From assembly GCA_964016885.1 (NCBI GenBank), contig OZ024742.1, positions 323,144,001-323,208,000 of the forward strand: a stretch of DNA of 64,000 bases, written 5' to 3'. The stretch is from Eledone cirrhosa (taxonomy: Eukaryota). Of this stretch, positions 24,701-38,207 are shown piece after piece; the first letter of the stretch is position 1; every line of letters begins with the position of its first letter. Made by a program: the position numbers and the translations under genes. The notes beneath the pieces are model-generated. The model made no database searches. It was not told the origin of the DNA and worked only from the letters and a program-made list of their open reading frames with translations.

Positions 24701-24747
24701 TGCTCCGAAGACTCCAAGCCTAGGTTTGGATGAAACAATTGTAAGTG
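24701..24747 (+). ncRNA. Type I hammerhead-like motif with variant core CCGAAGA
   Basis: tgct CCGAAGA c tccaagcc-ta-ggtttgga t GAAA caattg UA agtg. Confidence 0.55.
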
Positions 24748-24782
24748 AATAAATGCTTTGAACATAGCTTTGATTCTTGTGA

Positions 24783-24849
<67 letters not shown>

Positions 24850-25454
24850 GACGAAGGAATGCAACAAGTAGAGAGATGTGAGCATGGAAAAACGATCATA
24901 AAAATGATGGTGTTGACGATGATGATGATGGTGGTGGTGATAATAATGATGATGATGACATATATCTTTTACTCTCTCTTTTTTTACATTGCATGACTGT
25001 CGTTCCCTTTTGTACAGTCTGCTAATCTATATTACTCTATCTGCCTGTCTCTGACCACAACCACCATAACAACCGTAACAGCCAGATAGACAGAGACTAC
25101 TACAGCAGGCTTACCTAATTAATTAAACTGTAGTTTACCAACTTATGCATCAGATCTTCAAATCTTGAGCAGCACATTTAGAATATGAAGGGTCATCAAT
25201 TTAAGAATATAACAAGTCGATGATGGTCATAGGTGGAATTCCTTTAACTTTTTTGTGTTTGGATTGTAACTTAATGTTTATTACATACATTTTTTAGATA
25301 AATATAAACACACTTTAACGCCTTTGCTACCATTTTTCTAATGAAAGACACTGCTACTGATTTTCAAATAATTTTGAAAATAATAAAGAATTTAGAAGGC
25401 AATAATTTGGCAGAGTCATTAGAGTGTCAAGTTAAATGCATGCTCCAGTATTTG

Positions 25455-25677
25455 TTATAGCCCACACGGTAAAAACCTCCCAGTCCACACTGTAAACGTG
25501 GTTGGTGTTAGGAAGGGCATCCAGCCGTAGAAAACCTGCCAGACAGTCCTATACGAGCGAGACATGGTCACTCGACATGGTCACTCGACCAATCTTGTCT
25601 CAAGTAGGACAATTCCCGTCTAAACCCATGCTAGCGTGTAAGATAGACATTAAACCATGATGATGATGATGATGATA
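25455..25677 (+). mobile_element. RTE subfamily B 3'UTR fragment
   Basis: Matches 1355-1540. (GAT)n tail. Confidence 0.75.
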
Positions 25678-25827
25678 AATCAAAATTGATGCAGTAAAAA
25701 CCTGTCAGATCAATACTCACTAGAGTACTTGATACTTGGGGTAGTAGAATGTTGTAATATGAAAGAGTCAGGACCCTGATGGCTGAGCTCAACAGCTAGT
25801 TCCAAACTGAATGTATACATACATACA

Positions 25828-25874
<47 letters not shown>

Positions 25875-26059
25875 TATATATGTAGTATATGTATATGTAG
25901 TTATGTAGTATATGTATATATGATGATTTCTTAGGAATAGAACAGTTCTAGTCATGTAGAAGTCATTTCTATAATGAAATAAAGATGCCTTGAATACCAT
26001 TTTTGACAGTGGTCACCTCTTGATATACATTGGAAGTCTACTTATTATTAATATTATAA

Positions 26060-26250
26060 AGGCGATGGATTGGCAGTATCGGTAGAGGGTCGGACGCCAT
26101 GCTTTGACGCATAGAGTTACTGCCCTTGCCATTCTGAGTTCAAATCCCGCCGAGGTTTACTTTATCTTTCATCCTTATGGGGTCGATAAAATAAAGTACC
26201 AGTAATGCACTGGGTAATTGCTAGCCTTGTGCCAAAAGTAGAAACAATTA
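26060..26250 (+). mobile_element. Nin/Deu-domain tRNA-derived SINE (family 2)
   Basis: ctgagttcaaatcccgccgagg plus ctttcatccttatggggtcgataaaataaagtaccag. Close copies at 34466, 53560 and 56443. Confidence 0.8.
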
Positions 26251-26562
26251 TTAATATTATATATTAACCCATGCTAGTGTGGAAGATAGACGTTAATCGA
26301 CGATGATGATGATTATTTTGTATTTATGTGTGTGTGTAAGAAGAAAGAGTGAAAGAAATCAGTATGTGTGTATCCTTTAAAAGACAGACAACAGCTGTAG
26401 TATATTTATTAGGTTTTGGTTTTTGTCAATGAAGGAAAGAATTCTTTCTGCCAAATCTATTGCAACTACAGAAAAATCGAACAACCATTATTAGATCTGT
26501 ATCAATCATATATATATGTGTGTGTATATATGTACATATACAAACATATATATATATATATA

Positions 26563-26904
26563 GGCATGGCTTAGTGGTTAGAGCATTGGCCTTGCAATCA
26601 AAAGGTTGTGAGTTCAATTCTCAGACCGTGTGATGTGTTGTTTCCTTGAGCAAGGCACTTTATTTCACATTGCTCCAGTTTACTCAGCTGTAGAAATGAG
26701 ATGATAGGGACTGGGGTCCCTATCATTCCACTGTAAAGTGGTCGTGGAGGTGCCACGGCAAAAAAGCACCCAGCACTCACTGTAAATGAGGTTGGTGTTA
26801 GGAAGGGCATCCAGCTGTAGAAATCAAGCCAGAATCAGTTCCCGTCCCACCCTTGCAAGCAGGGAAAAGTGGACGTAAAATGAGATGATGATGATGATGA
26901 TGAT
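26563..26904 (+). mobile_element. SINE family 1
   Basis: Near-identical to 14693-15022. (GAT)n tail. Confidence 0.9.
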
Positions 26905-27154
26905 ATACATATATATTATATAAATATATACACACAAACCCACACATATATATATATAATCATCACTTAATATCTTCATTCTATATGATTAATATTAAAT
27001 ATATATTACTATGTATGTGTATATGTATATACATGCTGATGCATATATATATATACACACACACATATATACGTATATATATCCTCCTCATCGTCATCAT
27101 TTAATATATAAATATATGTATATATATGGTAACATATATATACATATATACAAC

Positions 27155-27920
27155 CTGTCCCATGGTCGGGTCGTTGGCGACTAAACTGGCAACCCTACCA
27201 AGGTTTCTTGGTGAGGAGGGTGACTTTGGACATCCTGCAGGACTAAAAACAAAACATGTCAAAGGAGCTCTTAAGAGTCAATGGCCATCCAAAATCACCA
27301 GGAGAGATGACCCCTTAGCCTTTGTCAAGGCAGAATTCTAGGAGAAGGAAAACTCTGATATAACACCTGCAACCCTGATGGTATCCAATGATGTTGACTT
27401 GTTCTTCTTTTTGGTAAATATCATCTTGGTTAAGAGAGTGGGACTGGCTTTGTGCAGTGCCTTTGCTCACTATAAAAGCTTCACTGCACAGGCATTGCTT
27501 TATATCTGGAAATCTCTCTGCACTTGTCGTCACATGGTACCATGGGCCCAGCACTATGTGTCAATAATTGTCGCAAGTGTAGTGTTTGTACCAGAGTTTT
27601 CAAGTTGCTGGCTGGACTAAAAAGTCACACTCGTTCAGCGCATCAGTAGGGGTTCTCCTACATGGATATAAAGTAGTGGCCGTACTCGAAAACGAGTTGG
27701 CAGCCACCATATATAACGAGTGTGACTTTTTAGTCCAGCCAGCAACTTGAAAACTCTGGTACAAAGACTACACTTGTGACCATTATTGACACATAGTGCA
27801 GGGCCCATGGTACCATGTGATGACAAGTGCAGAGAGATCTCCAGATAAAAAGCAATGCCTGTGCTATGAAGCTTTTATAGTGAGCAAAGGCACTGCACAA
27901 AGCCAGTCCCACTCTCTTAA

Positions 27921-27923
<3 letters not shown>
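27155..27923 (+). mobile_element. Internally deleted RTE-like element (5'UTR joined to a 3' zinc-finger end) with inverted duplication
   Basis: ggagaaggaaaactctga is an RTE-type 5'UTR motif. C-terminus CSVCTRVFKLLAGLKSHTRSAHQ*. 27715-27923 is the reverse complement of 27427-27635. Confidence 0.65.
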
Positions 27924-27969
<46 letters not shown>

Positions 27970-30900
27970 CATACATACACAAACACACAACAATAATATA
28001 ATTATGTATATATATATATATATACATGCATACCTTGAAAGCCATAAGTACGTTACTTTTATTCCTCAGAGCATAATTTGAGAATTCTAATAATAAAAAG
28101 TAAAAAAAAAAAAAAGAGAGAGAACGACTCAAAGTTGGCAATATATGATGTAGTTATTGATCTGGTTGTTAGAACTTTGTGGAAAGATTGTAAAAAATAT
28201 TATTGTAAATGGCTAATATGCTTAGATAATTGGGTGTTAAACATGAACGACAAGATTTAGATGTCTGCTCTTGTCTCCTGACTAATGTGTCTCTGGTTTT
28301 TGACTAGTAGGCATAAAACCTGAAAATTTGATGATGCATATCAATGTGTGAGTGAAGTCATCATCATGATCGCAGTTTAACGTTCACTTTTCCATGCTGG
28401 CATGGGTTAGATGAGTTATCTTGTGAGCAATGCTAGGTCAGGTGACCATGTCTTGCTCATACAGAACTGATTTTGGTTTGTTTCTACAGCTGGATGCCCT
28501 TCCTAACACCAACCTTATTTACAGTGAATACTGGGTGCTTTTTGTCGTGTCACCAACACAACTACTTTACAGTGTGGACTGGGCGCTTTTTTGCTGTATC
28601 GCCATCATGACCACTTCAGCTTGACCCCATGGGTGATGTATGGGAGTGGGTGGGGTGCTATTTGCTGTATATATGCTTCAGTGTGCATGGTTTAGTGGTT
28701 AGCACAGTGATTTTCAGTTCGGGGACACTTGGCTCTCAGGGAAGGCATTTTAACCAAAAGTGGAATTGGGAAGGAATGTTAGTCAGGAAATGGTCCAAAC
28801 TGAGAAGAAATAGTGTACATTGTGTATGTATCAAAGGAAATACCAATGTACCTAACTCTAAGGGAGATTGTGAATTGTTAATTCACAACAAAAATGCTAC
28901 TTTACATTTAACCCTGTTTGGGAGCTTGGCTGGTCTCACTTGGAGATCCAGCTGAATCAGTTGGATACAGTTGCTTCTGACAGGATCTGCTGGAAGGAGT
29001 GTTTGAGGACTCTTACCTATGACTCTCCCAGGATTAAGTGGGCGAAGAAGAAGGGGCTATACAATTATTGAGGTTTGAAAAGCTTTCTCATGTTAATATG
29101 GTTGGTGCTTGGATGAAAAATTACTTGATGACAATTCAAAATGGGGGAAGAATTGAGGAAACCTGGGAATGCAAAGGGGAGAAATGTGATAGGGATCTCT
29201 AAGAATCACTGGGTTAGGGTGTTTGACACATGAACCTAAGATTGTGAGTTTGAATCTCTGTGGTGTGTTGCATCTTTAACCAGAACACTTTATGTCATGA
29301 TACTCCAGTTTGCTCAGCCAGAAAAAATGAGTTGTACCAGTAATTAAAAGGCTCAGCCTTGTCACACTGCATACATCTTCATGACAAGTACTTTAAGTGT
29401 ACACATGTCTGTAGAATGCTCAGCCACTTGCACATTAATTCAATTAGCAGGTTGTCCTATTGATTGATTAACTGGAATACTCCTCACCAAATCCTATGTA
29501 AGTCCATTCCATACTGTTGTTCTTAGTTTATATTTATTACAGTTTAGACAATATAGGGTAGAGATGACTTCTTAATCTTATCAAGAATATGACAGCATGT
29601 CTAGTGTTGTTGCCATCTTGTACACTTTGTAAAGTGGTTGACCATCATATAGTTAAAAGGTAGAGTAGAGAGAACTAGTTACTCTTGTAATCTTTCTAAT
29701 GTTTGTGCCATGTTAAAATCTGCCCAGTATACTCTGACCATTGCATGATGATAACGTAGGGTAGAAAGAACTATTTAGTCTTGTTCAGGACATGGCAATC
29801 TCTTCAGGGCTAATGTCACAATAATGGATAGACTCCTAAGGCAGACAGTTTTACTTAGAGACTCAGTTGAATACTTTGCTAACAACAACAGCAGCAATAA
29901 CAACTAGTCCCAATCTTGTGCACTTCCATCCTCCCTTGGTTCCAATAGCACATATTCCAGTTTATTGAGTAATAGAACAGCCGACCCATGAATTAATGTG
30001 CAGTCTATCAACTCAACTTCTTTCACAAGGCTTGGGTCAGCCTGAGGCTATGGTAAATGGCATTTACCCAAGATAACACAGTAGAATTGAACCTGGACCC
30101 TTATGATTGCTAAGTGAATGTCTTAACCATTCAGCCATGCTGTGTCCATTAATAACAATTTCTTAGATGAAAGTAAAAGAAAACTTTGGAAATTCATGAT
30201 CTGATATTTATTCAAGATCATATTTTCTTGACCAGGGCCTGACCCTTTACAGGTATGTTATGCATATTGTGTGTCCTTAACCAGGAAAGAGGAAAACTTA
30301 TTTGAGATTTTTTTTACACCACTTCCACCACCAACACTACTGCCACCACACCTCATAATCACCAACATGTGTGTATGAGGTTGTGTTTGAGAAAGAGTGT
30401 GTGTAACCTGTTATCATACAAAAAATTGTGATTTGGATGATTTAGTCTGTGTGTGGGGGGGCGTTTGTGTATGTGTGTAAGTGTGTATGGGTTCATTTGT
30501 ATGTCTGTATTTATTGTGTGTGTGTGAGGGAGAGAGAGAGAGGGGAGGGAGGGGAGAGAGAGAGAGAGAGAGAGAGAATGAATCTATAAGTCTTGTATGT
30601 TGTTAGTTCCGAAATAAAAAAAGTAAAACCCTGTCATTAGTCTAGTGTGTTTAGTTTGGTATGTTGGTAGTTCTATACTGATAATACATTGTCAGTATTT
30701 GATGATCTTCTTTTGGTATCTTAATAGCTTTCAAAGTCAAATAAACCCTGTTATTAATTGTTCCTTTTAATTTGCTATGTTGCTGCAGGTAACTCTGGAA
30801 GAATCCAAACATAGCTACTAGTTTGTCTTTCCACTTTGGTGTTCTTTTACTGGTTTCAGTCATTAGACTCTGGCCATGCTGGGGCACCACCTTAACAATG

Positions 30901-31193
30901 TTCAATAAAACCCCTCTGGATCTTTCATAAAAAAACACCTTGCTCGAGTTTGCACCTCAAAGAGGAACTTCCCAGGTGCAAACCTATGGTCAGCCATGAC
31001 TGAAGGGGGCCTGGTATATATTGCTAACTTTGTCATCAAATTTTTACTTTGGTATTCTTTTTATTCTTTTGCTCTTTTACTTGTTTCAGTTACTGGACAC
31101 CGACTAGGCTGAGACACTGCCTCAAAATGTTTAACATGACATTGATGGGCACACCAAGACTGGAGAGGCAGGTGCCATCTATGTTCTATTTAA

Positions 31194-31565
31194 CCCTTTG
31201 TTTCCATATTTCTAATGAAATACACTGCCTATGATTTTCAAATAATTTTGAAAATAATCAAGAATTTTGGGAGATTTAGTAATTAACTCTCTCATTATAA
31301 AGCTGTTTTGGAACATAATTTAACAAAGCTTCTTACACAGAATTATGTTGGAATGCTTTTAAACACTTTAACCCTTTTTGTTACCATATTTCTAATGAAA
31401 GATACTGCCTATGATTTTCAAATAAATTTGAAAGCAAAGAATTTGACAAAAGTTCTTAGATAAAATTATGATGGAAGGGTTTTAGATAAATATAAATACT
31501 TTAATATAAACAGTTTTTTAATTACAGAACCAGGGGCAGTTTCAGGAAGCTTAACATCAAAAGTG
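31194..31565. mobile_element. TTAA-flanked (piggyBac-type) MITE at 31372-31565 with a tandem partial copy upstream
   Basis: TTAA|ccctttttgttacc ... catcaaaagtg|TTAA. The left end is repeated at 31190 and 25315. Confidence 0.55.
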
Positions 31566-33174
31566 TTAAACTATTTCAGATTCAGTCCTTTGGGAAAATA
31601 CAAGTGGCAAGGGAGTTCCAGAGGGCCAATGTTGAGAGAAGAAAGGACTGGGAGTAGTGATTACTGTGATGCTGGGGAGGTGGGGGAAGACACAACATGG
31701 ATGATGAGAATAGGAGGTGAGTGTGTTAGGTGTGCCTGAATGGAGGGGGAATGAGACTGGCAATTTCCAAGAAGTAGAGATCATTGTAGTATCAGTAGAA
31801 GAAACAGGTTGGGGAGACAGCATGTCTATGGGTTAGTGGCTGAATAGTGTCAGTGAATGACTTTAACCAATTAACTGAGTGGCATTAGAGCATAGGACAA
31901 AATGCCATGTAATGTTTGTTCAGGCTCTGAGTTCAAATCTTATTGATGCCAACTTCACCTTTCATCCCTTCGAGGTTGATAAAATAAAGTACCAGTCTAT
32001 ATTGGTGAATTGGTGGAGTTGTTAAAATGTTGGATGAGATGTCCTTTGCTATTTGTTTTTGCTCTTTGCGTTCCGGGTCTTTGGGTGGTAGACTTAATCT
32101 GTCACCATCTGGTCTTTGAGTCTATTCAGTTGTAATGATTTGGCCCAGGTTACCAGTTTGAGGCTACCTTCCTCTCTTTCTCTCCTCCCATGGAGAAGGT
32201 CATAGGCACTGCCTTTCCTTCTCTGACTTAGCAATAAAAAAAAATACATTTCTTCTTTTCTAGATGAAAATAGCTTTTAAATATTATAGATGATAGGTGA
32301 AGTTTCTTGGCATGGAGTTCACAAACCATATGTGATTTCTAGTTGTATTACTATTGCTTCACTTCCATTGTTAATATCCTGCTTCAGAGGAATAAACTAA
32401 CTTCTCCCTCCTTCTCACTAGTATTGGTGGCTTTGAGAATGGTCAGGGGTATTGCCCTTCTCTCCTTGGTTAATGGTATGGTCCCCTAACTCCTGATATA
32501 GTTGTAGGAGTGCTCTATTGACATACAGTGTTTCTTGAGCATTTTAAGCCTAGCGGAGCCTTTCCCTCTCCAGGCCTTAGTACAGCAGATTTCTTCCAGA
32601 GAAAGATAGAAAGTAAGGGAGAGGAAATAAGAAAGAGATATAGAGGAAGAATCAACCCCAGTTCTAGACTGGTACTTTTTTTTATTGACCTCGAAGGGAT
32701 GAAAGGCAAAGTTGACCTCAGCAGAATTTGAACTCAGAGAGCAGAGAGGCAGAACGAATACCATAAAGGATTCTATCCGATGTTATAATGACCCTGCCAA
32801 TTTACCTATTCCTTGGTTAAACAGTAAAATAAAAAAATTATTGATTTCTAATTTAGGCACAAGGTCAGTAAATTTGACTGGTATGTTATTGTATTGACCC
32901 AGAAAGGCAAAGTTGATCTTGGCAAGATTTGAACTCAGAATATAAAGTGCCAGAACAAATACCACATTAGCATTTCATACAATGTTCTACCAATACTGAT
33001 AATCTGCCACCAGTATGATAAAAAGTATTGCAAACTATCAGCAATCAGTATTAGTGTGTTGCTAACTGTTGCTATAATATACTGTTTTAATTTTGAATGT
33101 TACTACTTTTTAAGGCCAATCACTTTTATCATCATTATTATCATTATCATCAACATCATTATTATTATTGTTAA

Positions 33175-33392
33175 GAGCAGTGGATTGGCAGAATCAGTAG
33201 AGCATCGGACAACATGCTTTGCGGCATAGAGTTACGGCTCTTTACATTCTGAGTTCAAATCCCGCCGAGGTTAGCTTTGCCTTTCATCCTTACAGGGTCG
33301 ATAAATAAAGCACTAGTAAATACTGTGGTCAATTTAATCAAATTTCCCCTCCCCTTCAAATTGCTGGCCTTGTGCCTATATAAGAAACCATT
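33175..33392 (+). mobile_element. Nin/Deu-domain SINE (family 2)
   Basis: gcctttcatccttacagggtcgataaa domain. (ATT)n tail. Confidence 0.8.
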
Positions 33393-34465
33393 ATTATTAT
33401 TATTATTTGTTTGTTTGTAAGTTGTTATTTTTCTTTATCTATGCTGCAGTTCAACCCATGAAAATATGGAAAATCAAACATGATGATGATGATGATGATG
33501 ATGGTGACAATGATTATGATGATGATGGTGATGATGCATTGTTGCGACCAACAGATAGTATCAGCAAAGGAAAGACCAATGGAAAATTGTTTCCTTGGTT
33601 CAATCGGCTCCTTTCCTTTCTTCTTTCTTTTTTTTCAGTAGTGTAGTAGTAGTAGTTGTTGCTTGATTTGAGGTCAGCCATGGTTTTTGTTGGATTATTC
33701 TTGTTACTGTTAAGTCAGAGAAGGAATGGAGAGAGGCACTGTCATGGCATTTCTGCAGAGATACTGACACTAGTAGGGTGTGGAGGAGAGGAAGACACTA
33801 CAACACCTGAGTTGAGAGACCTGAACCAGATATTTGCCACAGAGTGAACTCTGTTAAAGCCACCCAAAGTACAGGTGGGGGTGTCAAACAGATTAATTCT
33901 ACTTCCCTAGTTGGTTACATTAGGATTTGAACTCAGAACACAGAGAATTTAATAAATATCACAAAGCATCTCATTCAATGCTGTAACAATTCCACCCCTG
34001 GACTGATACTTTATTTATCATCCCAGAAATGATGAAAGGCAAAGTTGATCATAATGGGATTTGAACTCAGTACTCGTAATATTGGAATAAATACCACAAA
34101 GCATTTCATCCAATGCACTGGACAATTGATAAAACCTATGATGAAAGGCATTCTAAGCATGACCATCTCATCTGTTATTTAGATTTAATCTTAATGACCT
34201 GTCCTAGATGAAACCATATTAGCAAGGCATTCTTTCAAAAGTAAAAAATCGTACTCTGATTACTACTAAAGATACTATAAGCATTTAAATTGATAAATTC
34301 ATTTGTAGATATTTTCTACTAAATCATTACAGGATGTTAAAAGCTAATATATCAAAGATTACATTATTTAATGAGTCCTTCTTTAGCTAGATGGTAGGGT
34401 GTGATTTAAGCAAAAGTTGACTGTTGTCTAGCAGTAATGCAGTTCTTGATTTTTTAATAAAAATA

Positions 34466-34655
34466 ATTGTTTCTATTTTAGGCACAAGGCCAGCAATTAC
34501 CCAGTGCATTACTGGTACTTTATTTTATCGACCCCGTAAGGATGAAAGGCAAAGTTAACCTCGGCGGGATTTGAACTCAGAATGGAAAGGGCCGTAACTC
34601 TATCCTGCAAAGCATGGCGTCAGACCCTCTACCGATACTGCCAATTCACTGCCCT
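34466..34655 (-). mobile_element. Nin/Deu-domain SINE (family 2)
   Basis: Reverse complement of 26060-26250. Confidence 0.8.
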
Positions 34656-34713
34656 TTTAATAAAAATAATATATCGATAGCTCCAAACACACACACACAC
34701 ACATACATACATG

Positions 34714-34750
<37 letters not shown>

Positions 34751-34757
<7 letters not shown>

Positions 34758-35573
34758 TAAAGTTAGTCCTTCATCAGTGATCTTCCAACCATCATTGGTA
34801 TTTCATCGCTTTAAAGACCATATACCTCCGGTGGTGCGAGCAACGGCTAAAAAAAGTCGTTGGGACACGTAAATAAAGGGGACATGAGAGTGTAAACAAA
34901 CAAAGATGGTGAAGCAACGAAAAGTGGGGATGAAAGAGTCAAGTCCCAAATTTCCATGAATATAAGTTCGGTGAAATCGTGAATGAGAGAGAATAAAGAC
35001 GATCAAACCTGGTTGGAATGTGAGCAAGGAAGGAATTCCGTACAGGTCTAATGGGAGGAAGAAGGAATTTAGTCTGTGAAATCGTAGACGAGAGAGAGAA
35101 AACAAGCGAACCTGCCTGGCCAAGGGTGCGAAAGAAAAGAATTACGCACAGGTAAAACGGGAAGGAGAAGGAGGAGAGGTAGTAACAGAGAGTGAGTGAG
35201 TGAAGGGTGAGGAAGAGGCTAACAGAGAGAGTGACTGTTAGAGAGGGTAAAGATACAGAGAAAGAGGAAGCTGTAAGAACGAAATAGACGGGTCACAGCG
35301 GGAGAAAAAATATGTGTAAATATGAGAATAAATGTGCTGCGTGGTTGCTAATGGGTTACATATGAATAAAGTTAGTCCTTCATCAGTGATCTTCCAACCA
35401 TCATTGGTATTTCATCGCTTTAAAGACCATATACCTCCGGTTGGTGCGAGCAACGGCTAAAAAAAGTCGTTGGGACACGTAAATAAAGGGGACACGAGAG
35501 TGTAAACAAAAAAGATGGTGAAGCAACGAAAAGTGAGGAAGAAAGAGTCAAGTTCCAAATTTCCATGAATATA
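34751..35573 (-). mobile_element. Element with terminal direct repeats of about 213 bp inside (TA)n, probably Penelope-like
   Basis: 34751-34964 matches 35360-35573. No TG..CA ends, PBS or PPT. TA tracts on both sides. Confidence 0.6.
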
Positions 35574-35705
35574 TATATATATATATATATATATCAAGAT
35601 AAGCAGAACAAGTAAAATTCAACCAATTTTTCAAAATAAATCAAAATTAATATACAATTAAAATTAATCAAAATTAAAAAATATAATATAAATATTTACC
35701 TATTC

Positions 35706-35795
35706 AAATGGCCCTAACTGTACAGTTTCACGGTGCAAAACATTAAATATCACGAGGATATTAATGGAAAAGCAACGATCATCAGAGAAGCATTT
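35706..35795 (-). ncRNA. Type I hammerhead ribozyme motif with long stem II
   Basis: Minus strand: aaatgcttct CUGAUGA t cg..cattaatatc..gatatttaatg..cg t GAAA ctgtacag UU agggccattt. Stem I pairs at 9 of 10 positions, counting G-U. Confidence 0.72.
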
Positions 35796-35965
35796 TCCTG
35801 TCCTAGGGTTAAAAACCCCAGGAACGACAAAATATATGACCTCACTCCAACTAATACAGGTCTAAAAGGTCGTGAAAGTGACCCGTAAATACATTGGTGT
35901 ATAGTGAAGGCGGGAAATCGTAGACTAGAGGTCTATAATCGCTACTAAAAAAGATTTTTAGCAAC

Positions 35966-36022
<57 letters not shown>

Positions 36023-36251
36023 ATTATTATTATGTAATAAACAACATAAGGCAATTATTCCATTTACCAGTGGTTTCTTAAAAGCAAAAGGTTTTGCTTT
36101 CAATCCTCAGAACGAAAAAATCCTGGTTTGTTTATTGAATTTGGATCTTAAAAACAAAAAAAGCAAGCTATATGAAAGTGAGGCTGGAGAAGGAAGAAGG
36201 AAAGGAAAAAATAAAAACAAAATAAGACTACCCATACAACCACACATACAC

Positions 36252-36287
<36 letters not shown>

Positions 36288-36649
36288 GCATGTGTATGCG
36301 CGCACGCACGCACGCGTATACAAATATAAATATATTTCCCCCATACACATGTGTGTGCGTGCATGCGCGCAGGGTATGTTCTGTTGAAAGTGTCTCGTGA
36401 ATTTATGGCTACAGTTGTATAGATTATACTTAGAAATTGTCCACAGAATTCCCTAAACCTTCGTCAATATACTAGAACCTTTAAGAATTTAGCTTTTAAG
36501 GAATCTCCCCTTCCTCCAAATCTATCTACCCTGACTGACCCCATACTGATCTTACAGACACCTGTAAGCTAAAGAGATAGCTAATGATAAGGATTGGCTC
36601 CAATCTGAATACAGAAATCTGTCTGCCTATGTTCCTCTAAGAACAAACA

Positions 36650-36651
36650 TT

Positions 36652-36709
<58 letters not shown>

Positions 36710-36732
36710 TATCTACACACACACACGCATAC

Positions 36733-36767
<35 letters not shown>

Positions 36768-37152
36768 TGCATATATACACACACATACACACACACAAAA
36801 GCACATATACATACGCACGAAATAGTCAACGCATTCACACACTCTCACACATAAAAAAAATTTTTCAAATACAAATACATAACCGCATACATACGCATAC
36901 ATGCATAACCACGCACAAGTGTACAATCTATACACACACACAAGTGTATACAACTGTATGCACACACACACATATATGCATACATAAGCACACATATAAT
37001 TACATAAATACAAACGTACACACACTCATATATATATATACACACGTACACATACACACACATATACATACATAGCTAAACAATTATACACATACAAATA
37101 CATATATATCATAAACACGCATAACAGAACACAAACACACACACACATACAC

Positions 37153-37183
<31 letters not shown>

Positions 37184-37246
37184 TATACAATTATCAATAT
37201 ATACACACGCACATATGTACACACACACATATATACACACACACAT

Positions 37247-37313
<67 letters not shown>

Positions 37314-37400
37314 CATGCATACACACATATACACACATACACAACCACGCCCACACACATGCATACGCATACACACGTATATGCGTGTGTGTATGTAAAA
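36650..37400. repeat. Compound (CA)n/(TA)n low-complexity tract
   Basis: Directly visible. Source of many spurious ORFs. Confidence 0.9.
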
Positions 37401-37670
37401 CTCAATCTTAGATAAACCATAAGGACCTTACATATACGTATATTAGTAGTAAAGTATTAAAGCAACATAAGGCAATTATTCCATTTACCAAGGGTTTCTT
37501 AAAAGCAAAAAAAATGTTCATACAATCTTCAGGATGAGAGAAACCTGGCTTATCCACACATACACATATATACACACACACACAAATACATACATATATA
37601 AATACATACACACAGGCACACACACACATACGTATAAACATATATACATACACACATACACACACATATC

Positions 37671-37704
<34 letters not shown>

Positions 37705-37920
37705 CATACACATATATACACACAAATATACACACACATACACATAGGTATGTGGAGGGCAAGGCAAAAAGAATATATGTGGGGGCCGCATAGGAGAAGG
37801 TAAAATATAAGGGGAGGTAAGGGAGAAAAAAATATATAATAAATGTAGGTATACAAGAGTACAGAACGTAGAAACAGTAAAATAAAAACCGTAGCAGAAG
37901 TAAAGAGCGGGAGAAGGAGT

Positions 37921-38207
37921 TCAAGGCGGTTGATTTCTCATAGGAGTGTCAATCCAGTTACAGATCAGGTGCGGTCTCAGATGAGGACAGCATCTGAAGA
38001 TCTCAGTCTTTGAATTAAGGCAAGCGGAAGTGTCTCTCAAGTTTAGCAAAATCCTATACTTTTATGTGGTACACAAAGAACAATTCTTTGTGCCCCTTTG
38101 GTACTCCCTCGAATGGTCTAATATAGACCAATCCATAGGGTACGGGATGTTACTATCCTTGAGTTCCCACACCTTACTTGCGAGGGCCGTTGATGTTCGT
38201 TTATCAG

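Larger units (their letters stand above)
23741..24790. repeat. Long inverted repeat (arms about 450-465 bp), Penelope-like pseudo-LTR
   Basis: Arms 23741-24206 and 24343-24790 are near-perfect reverse complements. The spacer has (TTTTTC)n. The right arm abuts (TA)n. Confidence 0.92.

Noticed and set aside
34760-34815. Type II hammerhead (GAAA upstream of CUGAUGA on the minus strand)
   Set aside because: No valid UH site and no stem I hairpin.
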